DNA of 64,000 nucleotides from a candidate division WWE3 bacterium UBA1401 (lineage in GTDB: Bacteria > Patescibacteriota > WWE3 > UBA101185 > UBA10185): contig DBQF01000001.1 of NCBI GenBank assembly GCA_002305115.1, positions 160,916 to 224,915 on the forward strand, written 5' to 3'. Made by a program: the position numbers and the translations under genes. The notes under the pieces are model-generated. The model saw only the letters and a program-made list of their open reading frames with translations. It did no database searches and was not told where the DNA came from. Shown here one piece after another: positions 53,912-61,711 of the stretch (within the stretch, counting starts at the first letter, position 1; each line of letters begins with the position of its first letter).

Positions 53912-55419
53912 CTAACATTCAGTTGCTCCAAGTTATAAGCTGCTGGCCCGTGTATAACCTTTCCATCAACACTAAACCTAGACCCATGACATGGGCAGTC
54001 CCAACTAACTTCAGCAGTATTAAAACTAATAGTGCAGCCCAAGTGTGTACAAGTTGGCTTTATAGCGTGTATGTTACCTGCGGGATCCCTATAAACTGCT
54101 ATCTTTTCACCTTCCCACTCAATAATATGGCCTTCTCCTTGTTTAATACTGTCTAGTTTTTCCTTTGGTACACTTTTAAGTTTGTCTTTCACGTAAGTTT
54201 CTGCTACGCGCAGATTTTTCTTAACAAAACTTCCTGCTTTCTTGAATTGTTCAGATCTTGCCGGATTAAAAACCTCTGCCCATGAGTTGCCTTTTTTTGC
54301 AATAAGATCAGCCAGCAGCATACCCGAGACAACTCCATTAGTCATGCCCCAACCACCAAAACCCGTAGCTGTGTAAATATGTTCGGTTGAGGGTGTGATT
54401 TTACCAATATAGGGTACATCATCTAGCGTATGGTTATCCTGAGTAGCCCAGAAATATTCAATACTTGTTACATTGAACGTAGTTTTCACCTTGTCGGCTA
54501 GATTTTGGTAGTACTTATTTGTATTAATTTCATGCCCTGGTTTGTGCCTGAATCCGGTAAAGATATGTAAAGGGCCTTTATCTGTTGGTTGTGGCCTAAT
54601 TGAAAAAAGTGGCTCTTCGCTGTTTATGTACATGCCTTTTATGGGATTATCTTTTAAGTATGCCGCAATCACATAAGACCTGTATGGCGTCAGCCTGGTA
54701 AAAAACATACCCTTATTTAAAATTGGGTAATGGGTAGCCAGTACTAAGTCTTGTGCCTTAAATTCGCCTCTACTGGTTTTAATTATGCAGGGCTGCCCAT
54801 CTTCAAAATCTTGTACAATTGTGTTTTCCAAGATGCTAACATTCTGCTTTATAAGCTGTTGCACAATACCCAGTAAGAATTTTCTGGGGTGAAAGTGTGC
54901 CTGGTTTGAAAACTCAATAGCTCCTTTAACCGCAAATGGTAACTCGGTTTGTACTGTAAAGCTGGCAGGCAAACCTAATTCCTGTGCAGTGGCTACTTCT
55001 TCTTTTATAAGTTGTAGATTTTCTTTTTTTTGCGTATATGTAACTGCCGGGGCTTTAACAAAATCACATTCAATTTCATGTTTTTTCGCAATTTTCTCAA
55101 CTGTATCTATAGCTTGTTGCTGTGCTTGCCCGTATAGTTTCGCAAAGTCTTTGTCGAAAGCTTTAGCTAGTTTTGCGTAAATTAGTGTGTGCAGGGAAGT
55201 AAGCTTGGCTGTAGTATGTCCGGTAACATCCTGAAGTACCTGATCTCGTTCAATTATCAAAATACTTTTGCCTAAGGTGCTAAGAAAATAAGCGGTCATT
55301 ATGCCTGCAATGCCTGCCCCTGCAATAATGACGTCGTATGTTTTTGAGTTGTTAAAGTATATTTCAGGATTAGTAGTTGTAGCCAACCAATAGGATGTAT
55401 GTTTGCCTTCCAGCTCCAT
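53908..55419 (-). CDS. FAD-dependent oxidoreductase fused to a C-terminal Rieske [2Fe-2S] domain
   Basis: DVIIAGAGIAGIMTAYFL (GxGxxG) and CTHLGCTISFNTAEVSWDCPCHGSRF (CxH...CxxH). Confidence 0.85.
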   Translation of the reverse strand: MELEGKHTSYWLATTTNPEIYFNNSKTYDVIIAGAGIAGIMTAYFLSTLGKSILIIERDQVLQDVTGHTTAKLTSLHTLIYAKLAKAFDKDFAKLYGQAQQQAIDTVEKIAKKHEIECDFVKAPAVTYTQKKENLQLIKEEVATAQELGLPASFTVQTELPFAVKGAIEFSNQAHFHPRKFLLGIVQQLIKQNVSILENTIVQDFEDGQPCIIKTSRGEFKAQDLVLATHYPILNKGMFFTRLTPYRSYVIAAYLKDNPIKGMYINSEEPLFSIRPQPTDKGPLHIFTGFRHKPGHEINTNKYYQNLADKVKTTFNVTSIEYFWATQDNHTLDDVPYIGKITPSTEHIYTATGFGGWGMTNGVVSGMLLADLIAKKGNSWAEVFNPARSEQFKKAGSFVKKNLRVAETYVKDKLKSVPKEKLDSIKQGEGHIIEWEGEKIAVYRDPAGNIHAIKPTCTHLGCTISFNTAEVSWDCPCHGSRFSVDGKVIHGPAAYNLEQLNVS

Positions 55420-55519
55420 GCCAGCAACTGTACTAAGTTTTATTCAAGACCAAATTAAGATTATGTAATAGAGCTGTAAGCAGTTTGACGCACCCCATTT
55501 CAACTCGCATAATATAACT

Positions 55520-56107
55520 ATGCCTAGAAGGAACTTTTTTATTCTCATATGTTTTCTAGTACTTGCTTTATGTGTACGGCCTACAGTTTCTGCTTTATCG
55601 CTTGAATCAGTGGGTAGTCGGGTTAAGAAAGTTGTTTCCACTAAAGAGCAGCGTAAGGAAGTAGTTAAAGAACAAATTCAACAGCGCAAGTGTGAAGTGG
55701 TTGGCAATCTTATTCATAACAGAGTTAATAGGTTTAGTGAAAATAAGAGCGTGCATGTGGAAAATTACACTCGCGTAAAAGAAAAGTTAACAGAAATTAT
55801 GGAGAAATTGGGAAATGAAGGGCTTGATGTTTCTGACTTGCGCGCAGATCTTGTAACGTTTGATGAAATGTTAAAAGAATATACCCAGCTTTATACAAGT
55901 TTTATTGCTGAACTTGAGGCGTCTGGTGAAGTAGTTTGTGGTGATTCAAATCAGCCATTTAGAGATTTGCTCTCCCGTTCCAAGGATAGCTTAGAAGAAT
56001 TACGGGCCAAGAGGCAAGAAATCAGGCAATTTTATGCACACACGCTTCGAGAAGATATTAAAGAGTTAAGGGAACAAGCACAAGCCCTTAGTACGGAGGA
56101 AGAATAG
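55520..56107 (+). CDS. secreted or anchored coiled-coil-like protein, function unknown
   Basis: Signal-like N-terminus FFILICFLVLALCVRPTVSA, then Lys/Glu-rich helical sequence. Confidence 0.5.
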   Translation: MPRRNFFILICFLVLALCVRPTVSALSLESVGSRVKKVVSTKEQRKEVVKEQIQQRKCEVVGNLIHNRVNRFSENKSVHVENYTRVKEKLTEIMEKLGNEGLDVSDLRADLVTFDEMLKEYTQLYTSFIAELEASGEVVCGDSNQPFRDLLSRSKDSLEELRAKRQEIRQFYAHTLREDIKELREQAQALSTEEE

Positions 56108-56371
56108 ATGACTAAGCAAAAAGGTTTTGTGAAAATTATTGTTTTGGCCTTGATCTTATTTGCAGTGGCAGCCTTCTTGTTGCTAAGGACGCAAGAGCCC
56201 GTTTTAACAGGTCTTATGTCCAGTGTTCAAGAGCAGGTTTCTTTTGAGAAATTGGAAGAGGATACCTCTGTGCCGGAAGTTATTGATAATAGTGCTGTTG
56301 AAGAGCTTGATGCTCTGATGGAAGAAATCGACGCCATGCCTACCGAAGATTTGTCTGATTTGGATTTGTAG
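56108..56371 (+). CDS. small membrane-anchored acidic protein
   Basis: The ATG abuts the upstream TAG. TM IIVLALILFAVAAFLLL is followed by an acidic tail. Confidence 0.45.
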   Translation: MTKQKGFVKIIVLALILFAVAAFLLLRTQEPVLTGLMSSVQEQVSFEKLEEDTSVPEVIDNSAVEELDALMEEIDAMPTEDLSDLDL

Positions 56372-56381
56372 ACGTAAGTTT

Positions 56382-56870
56382 TTATTCTGGCTGTTCTAGA
56401 TCTTCAGTATTTTTCTGGTTTTTATTTTCGTAGTATTTCTTAACCAAAACTATTGTTGAGACTATTGGAACGGCAAGAATTGCACCTAGTGGCCCGAAAA
56501 TTATAGATCCCAGGATAACGCTTGCTATAGTAACTAGCGGGCTTAGGCCTACAGCTTTTTTCATAATAAGTGGATGCAGCACGTAGCTTTCCAGCAGTTG
56601 AATTGCGATATAAACCACTATTGTTAGTATAACTGCCTGTAGGGAGGTAGTTATTGCTACAATAAATGCCGGAATGAACCCGATAACTGGTCCTATGTAG
56701 GGCAAAAATTCCAAAAAGAAAACAAATATAGCTAGAGGTATGTAGTAGGGAAGACCAATAAAGTAGAAAGCTGTTCCGGAGAGTATGGCTACAATTAGGG
56801 CTAAAAGAACTTGCCCTTTAAGCCAGTTAATCCAGTTGTTTTTTATTTTTTTACTTAGTTCTTTTTCCAT
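56382..56870 (-). CDS. half-size AI-2E family paralog (C-terminal half only)
   Basis: 162 aa aligning with residues of about 190-330 of the 14141..15139 protein. FLEFLPYIGPVIGFIP matches LLEVIPILGPVISVV, and QLLESYVLHPLIMKK matches QQIENNLLVPKVMQK. Confidence 0.7.
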   Translation of the reverse strand: MEKELSKKIKNNWINWLKGQVLLALIVAILSGTAFYFIGLPYYIPLAIFVFFLEFLPYIGPVIGFIPAFIVAITTSLQAVILTIVVYIAIQLLESYVLHPLIMKKAVGLSPLVTIASVILGSIIFGPLGAILAVPIVSTIVLVKKYYENKNQKNTEDLEQPE

Positions 56871-56912
56871 TGTTGCTACAGTTTATCACAGCCTCTAGTA
56901 TACTAACTAAGT

Positions 56913-57230
56913 ATGAGTAAATTTTCTGAAGACGTACTTACAATCGTTAAGCAGATCCCTTCAGGCAAAGTAGTTAGCTACGGCCAAGTAGCACTGTTGG
57001 CAGGGCATCCGAGGGCTGCACGGCAAGTTGGTTGCATACTCCATTTTCATGGAGAAGAAGTTCCTTGGTGGCGGGTTATAAATAATGCAGGCAGAATAAG
57101 CACTAAGTGTATAGAGCATAATGCTGATTTGCAGCGGGAGTTTTTGCGGGAAGAAGAGGTTGAGGTTGGCGAAGATCTTTCTGTGGATATAGCATTTTAT
57201 CGCTGGTACTTTCCTGAAACAGGGAGTTAA
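56913..57230 (+). CDS. alkyltransferase-like protein (MGMT DNA-binding domain without catalytic Cys)
   Basis: IPSGKVVSYGQVALLAGHPRAARQVG and VPWWRVINNAGRIS. The PCHRV cysteine is replaced by Trp, as in ATL/YbaZ proteins. FYRW lies near the C-terminus. Confidence 0.8.
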   Translation: MSKFSEDVLTIVKQIPSGKVVSYGQVALLAGHPRAARQVGCILHFHGEEVPWWRVINNAGRISTKCIEHNADLQREFLREEEVEVGEDLSVDIAFYRWYFPETGS

Positions 57231-58579
57231 GAAAATCTTTTTTTGTTAGTTCCAAATCTTTGTGCAAGAGCTTGTGTAAGTTTTGCTAAAACTCCACGTT
57301 CTGGTTCTTCTTTGCTTTCATCTTGCTTATAAGCTGAGTATCTGGCAACTGCTTTTACTATTGTTGGCCAATCTTCTAGTGGAAAAGGATAGAGCACTGC
57401 TGCTGCCATATTTCTCGTATATTCACCGTATCCGAACTGTTTACCGTAAAAGGCCCACAGTTTTCCTACTGCCCCCTGGCTCTCTCTAACTAACAGCATA
57501 AATTTCTCTGTTGCAGATTGGAGTTCTTTTTCGGGGGCTCCCCCTGCTTGCATTTTTCTGAGCTGTACACTCAGTGCTTTATCTCTGGCGCTTTTTATTT
57601 CTTCTTCCGGTAAACTAAGTATGTCTTCATAGTTATATTTTTCAGTTAAAATAATGTAGGGGCTTTCAGCTTCTGGGTCGTAGGGATCCCAATCAGTGCT
57701 TTCGTATGCCAGTACTTCGCTCTTCAAACAGAATGCAGTGTCAGTCTGTAAGATCCAGTCTGTTTCTTTTTTCCTACTTCTATTATGTGTCGTTCTTTCT
57801 TTGTCTAAATCTGATGCTACCATAAAATCAAACAAGTGCTCGTTTTCGTGTTTGGCATTTCTTCTATTTACTATAACTTGATTATCTATCTCTCCCTTAC
57901 TTAGAAGAAAACACACCCCCAAATCATGATCTTCTATAGTCCCAAGTTCCGATGGTAAGCCATATTTGGTTGGTACAAAAAACCCACTTACTTCGGTTAC
58001 TTGATCGGCACTATTTGCTATTCTCATGGACTTGATAGTATCGAAGATTTTCACTAATGCTTCCCTATTTTTTGTAGTAAAGAGAACGCCTTGCTCAATT
58101 TCTGTGTAGTGCAAATCTTCAGGTTTTTCTATGTCTGGAAAGAGCACAGCAAACATCTTTCCTGCTATTAATCTGTTCCTTTCCAAATTATCCTGGTCAG
58201 GAGAACTTGGAGTATTTTGCTCAAAACCGTCTACAAATTGTCTCTTACTTCTAGTGATATCTATAAATCTATTTATCTCTGGTAATAAGGTTTCCTTGAT
58301 TGTATCTTCTACTGGCAGTTCTTCTAGTTGGCGCAAACTCACGATAAATACTTCGTCTGCTGCCGCCACCAGGCCTTCATTAAAGGGACCTAGCTCTTGA
58401 ACCAAATTATAGCCTTCGGTTTTAATTCTGCCTCTTGTTTCCAGTACGTGTTCTAGTTTTGCAGAATAATCTGCCTTAGCTTTTGCCACTTCTTCAATTG
58501 TTCTGATGAACTGTTCCGGTCTTGGTCCTTCTTTGGATTCAACTTGTTTTTGTAGTGTTACTTCTGGTTGTTCACTCAC
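57227..58579 (-). CDS. orphan protein (450 aa) with an HExxH motif
   Basis: Uninterrupted ORF with a GTG start 6 nt after TATCAT. It contains AKHENEHLFDF (HExxH). No other motif could be assigned. Confidence 0.55.
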   Translation of the reverse strand: MSEQPEVTLQKQVESKEGPRPEQFIRTIEEVAKAKADYSAKLEHVLETRGRIKTEGYNLVQELGPFNEGLVAAADEVFIVSLRQLEELPVEDTIKETLLPEINRFIDITRSKRQFVDGFEQNTPSSPDQDNLERNRLIAGKMFAVLFPDIEKPEDLHYTEIEQGVLFTTKNREALVKIFDTIKSMRIANSADQVTEVSGFFVPTKYGLPSELGTIEDHDLGVCFLLSKGEIDNQVIVNRRNAKHENEHLFDFMVASDLDKERTTHNRSRKKETDWILQTDTAFCLKSEVLAYESTDWDPYDPEAESPYIILTEKYNYEDILSLPEEEIKSARDKALSVQLRKMQAGGAPEKELQSATEKFMLLVRESQGAVGKLWAFYGKQFGYGEYTRNMAAAVLYPFPLEDWPTIVKAVARYSAYKQDESKEEPERGVLAKLTQALAQRFGTNKKRFS

Positions 58580-58746
58580 ACTCTAATGATAGCAAATGTA
58601 GGATTTTGGAAGTGTGTGCTGTTACCTTGACCTTTTTTGATTACAGGGTTTTTGTTTTGGTTATTAATAAATAAAGGAATCTACACAGTCAGGAATTTTG
58701 GCGGCCTTATCCTGTCTGCACAGCGTGTAATTCTTATTGCCAGTCT

Positions 58747-59787
58747 TCACCTTGTACTCGTATTGATTTCTGTTTGTTGTTTAGCCCTTACTGCTTGATA
58801 TTGCGCTGGCAGAGTATTACCCAGGTGAATAAGTGCGTATGCAATGCCACATACCACCAGAATGCCAAACGCACCAATCAGTAAATAGGGCAATTTCTGG
58901 CTTTTGGTTGGATTAAAGTCAAATGCTCCTTTGTGGGCTTTAAGATAGGTATACATTAAATAAACATAAACTAACATGAATGGTGTAAGTAAAAGGTTTA
59001 TTGCAGTAGTAAGTAACTGAGACTCTGTAACACTTGCTGCAATTCCGCCAATAACCATCGAAGCTAATCCCACAAGCAATATCCTGCCGTAAATATAACC
59101 AAACTTACCTCTCACATATTCCTTACTTTTTAGTAAGGCATTCATACCCTTGATGTCCTCCGCAACTAATATATACAGCGCCATACTAAACCAGAAGCCC
59201 AAAATAATACCCGGAATAATGAGTAGAAAGACGCCGCCCATTGTTATGAATCCTGCAAGTAGCGCAATGCCCCAATAAGCCCATACTTTTGGCCATGCTC
59301 TTTTAAATGCCTCTTTAATGCCGATTTTTTCATGCGGGTCTTTGATAACGTATATAAGTGCCAGTTGGCTCCATGCTTGTACTACAACAGTTACAATGAC
59401 TAGAATCAGACCAACAATGACCATTAATATCAAATTTCTTGTCTCCGGGAGCTGACCACTAAGCAATATAGCTGTTATGCTTCCACCGAATAAGACTGCA
59501 AAGAGAACACTCATTGCAAGTGTAGGTAGTATGTGTATGGCAAGCAAAGTACCAAATCGATTTTTGTATATCTGCCATGCGTGTGCAAAATGTTCTGAAA
59601 CAGAAGGTAGGGAAATACGGGCTTGGGGTGGTTGCGGTACTGTTTGTGGATTTTCTATAAAAGCAAAGGCTTCATCAACAGCTTTTTCCTGCCAATTGTT
59701 GGCAAAAAGCGTGTTTCTGATTTGGTCTCTACTAACACCTTGTTCCAGCTGTTTTTTAATATAGTCTAGTAATTGTTGATCTATCAT
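58747..59787 (-). CDS. polytopic membrane protein with small N-terminal soluble domain
   Basis: N-terminal LLDYIKKQLEQGVSRDQIRNTLFANNWQEKAVDEAFAFI, a Pro/Gln linker, then about 6 TM helices. Confidence 0.6.
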   Translation of the reverse strand: MIDQQLLDYIKKQLEQGVSRDQIRNTLFANNWQEKAVDEAFAFIENPQTVPQPPQARISLPSVSEHFAHAWQIYKNRFGTLLAIHILPTLAMSVLFAVLFGGSITAILLSGQLPETRNLILMVIVGLILVIVTVVVQAWSQLALIYVIKDPHEKIGIKEAFKRAWPKVWAYWGIALLAGFITMGGVFLLIIPGIILGFWFSMALYILVAEDIKGMNALLKSKEYVRGKFGYIYGRILLVGLASMVIGGIAASVTESQLLTTAINLLLTPFMLVYVYLMYTYLKAHKGAFDFNPTKSQKLPYLLIGAFGILVVCGIAYALIHLGNTLPAQYQAVRAKQQTEINTSTR

Positions 59788-59822
59788 GGCTATAATAATA
59801 ACAACCTAGGCCTACAAAGTCT

Positions 59823-61553
59823 ATGAATATACTGCGCAGACAATTAAAACTACTTGCTCATCCTTACGTACTGGTTGTAGCTGTTTTTTTACTGGCTGTA
59901 TTACTTATTAATCCTTGGGGTGAGCACGCGGTTAATGATGACTGGGCTTATTTTATTTCCACTAAGTTTTTTTTAAACGGTCATTTTGCCAAAGATGCCA
60001 TAATAGATGCCAACTTTGTGCTACAGGCACTTGCAGGCATGGGATGGGCTAAGGTGTTTGGCGTAAGTTTTGTTAGTTTTAGGGTTCTTACTTTGCTGGT
60101 AAGTTTAGTAGGGCTATATGGTATTTATAAAATCCTGGCGGTTTTAGAGGTGGAAAGGAAAATAATTATCCTAGCTTTACTGTCGATTGTTTTTAACACT
60201 TTATTTTTTACTTCCGCACTTTCGTACATGACAGAAAATTATTTTTTAACCTGTGTGGTATGGAGTTTGTACTTTTTTGTCAGGTATGTTCATACAATTA
60301 GAGTTAACTCTCACCTAATTTTTTCAGCCTTGTTTGCAGGTGCCAGTTTGTTACTAAGGCAATATGGCTTAGTTTTGTTTGTAGCTTATGGTCTGACCTT
60401 AGGTTTTTGTTATTGGAAAAACCGAGAGATTAACCCCTTAGCTGTTACTGTTCTTATCGGTATTTTAGGTTTATTTTCTGTGATTTTTGCTTGGTGGCCA
60501 AAAACATCTGGTTACGAATCTGTGACTTTTCTTGGTGTGGATCCAACTGCTTATACAAAAATATATGAATTTGGTCCTTATGTATTAAGCTATTTAGTAC
60601 TGTTTTTATCGCCTTTTATTCTGGGGAAGTTTAAGGGGTTTCAGAAGACTCCATTAGTTTTGTGTGCCTTAGTTGCCGGATTAGTAGCCTGGCAGTTATA
60701 CAGAGCGGATATTTTTCCAATGGGAAATGTATTTTATTTGGAAAAACTTTACGGCAAGAGCCATTTTGCTCATTTCCTTCATCTGTTTGATAACATACCT
60801 TTCAAAGTATTTATGGCGTATTACGTTTCCTTCTTGTTAGTAGTTAGTAGTTATTATGTTACTAGATGGTTTAGATCTGGTGTGGTTAATCTAAAGGTTG
60901 TTTCGCCATCAACTTTTTTATTAGCGTTAGTTACTCTTGGTATGTTTGCGGTGGTCTATGCCGGAATATTTTTCATAGGAGATTTTTATGACAGGTATTT
61001 CCTTAACGGTTTTGTACTGTTGATTATTTTATGTGCGGTATCTTTGCCCAAAGTTTCTACTTATAGTTACGGGCTAGCAGTTGGGGGTTTAGTCTTTATA
61101 GCTTTTATAACTGTCTTGTTGACATGGGATTTCTATGCCTCAGAAAAGACACGCTGGCAAATGGGTAGAAAGTTACAGGAAGAACAGGGGCTGCAGACTT
61201 CTGTGTTTGTGAACGGATCTTTTTTACGGTTCACGCACTATAGTGGCTTTGTTACTCCTGAAGAGTTAGCTAGAGTGCCACAGGGCTCTGTAACATATAA
61301 GTGTTTTATAGATTTTTATACAAAGACTGATAATGCTAATCTGCTTTATAAGGTGCTGAATAGGTTTGAGAATAGTAGGACTCTAAATAAATACATTACA
61401 AACCCTGTTATCTATGGCAGTAAACCCGCAGCAGGTGTTGAGCCCTTAGGCTGGCATTGGAATGATATCTTTTACGAAGAAAGCTATTATTCGCCTATCT
61501 ATGCTTTATTAGGTGTTAAGCCCGTATTGGCAGCGTACTGTAGAGATAAGTAG
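59823..61553 (+). CDS. polytopic membrane protein, GT-C-type (family 39-like) glycosyltransferase candidate
   Basis: First loop GEHAVNDDWAYFIS (DDxxY-like), about 12 hydrophobic segments and a soluble C-terminal domain. Confidence 0.55.
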   Translation: MNILRRQLKLLAHPYVLVVAVFLLAVLLINPWGEHAVNDDWAYFISTKFFLNGHFAKDAIIDANFVLQALAGMGWAKVFGVSFVSFRVLTLLVSLVGLYGIYKILAVLEVERKIIILALLSIVFNTLFFTSALSYMTENYFLTCVVWSLYFFVRYVHTIRVNSHLIFSALFAGASLLLRQYGLVLFVAYGLTLGFCYWKNREINPLAVTVLIGILGLFSVIFAWWPKTSGYESVTFLGVDPTAYTKIYEFGPYVLSYLVLFLSPFILGKFKGFQKTPLVLCALVAGLVAWQLYRADIFPMGNVFYLEKLYGKSHFAHFLHLFDNIPFKVFMAYYVSFLLVVSSYYVTRWFRSGVVNLKVVSPSTFLLALVTLGMFAVVYAGIFFIGDFYDRYFLNGFVLLIILCAVSLPKVSTYSYGLAVGGLVFIAFITVLLTWDFYASEKTRWQMGRKLQEEQGLQTSVFVNGSFLRFTHYSGFVTPEELARVPQGSVTYKCFIDFYTKTDNANLLYKVLNRFENSRTLNKYITNPVIYGSKPAAGVEPLGWHWNDIFYEESYYSPIYALLGVKPVLAAYCRDK

Positions 61554-61711
61554 GTTTTATCTTATCGGTTAACGAGTTATACTTGTGAATCCAACATAGA
61601 TTGAGCTTCTTCATACCTTTTTTGCTCCTTTAGAACCTTGTATTCTTCGAATTGCTCAGGTGGCATAAAGTATCTTTTTGTTCAGGTACTTTACTAATAT
61701 ATAATATCTAT

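Noticed and set aside
56382-56870. Annotating the half-size AI-2E gene as a pseudogene
   Set aside because: The ORF is intact, has a plausible promoter and retains the family signatures. A truncation relic remains possible but cannot be decided from sequence alone, so it is kept as a CDS.
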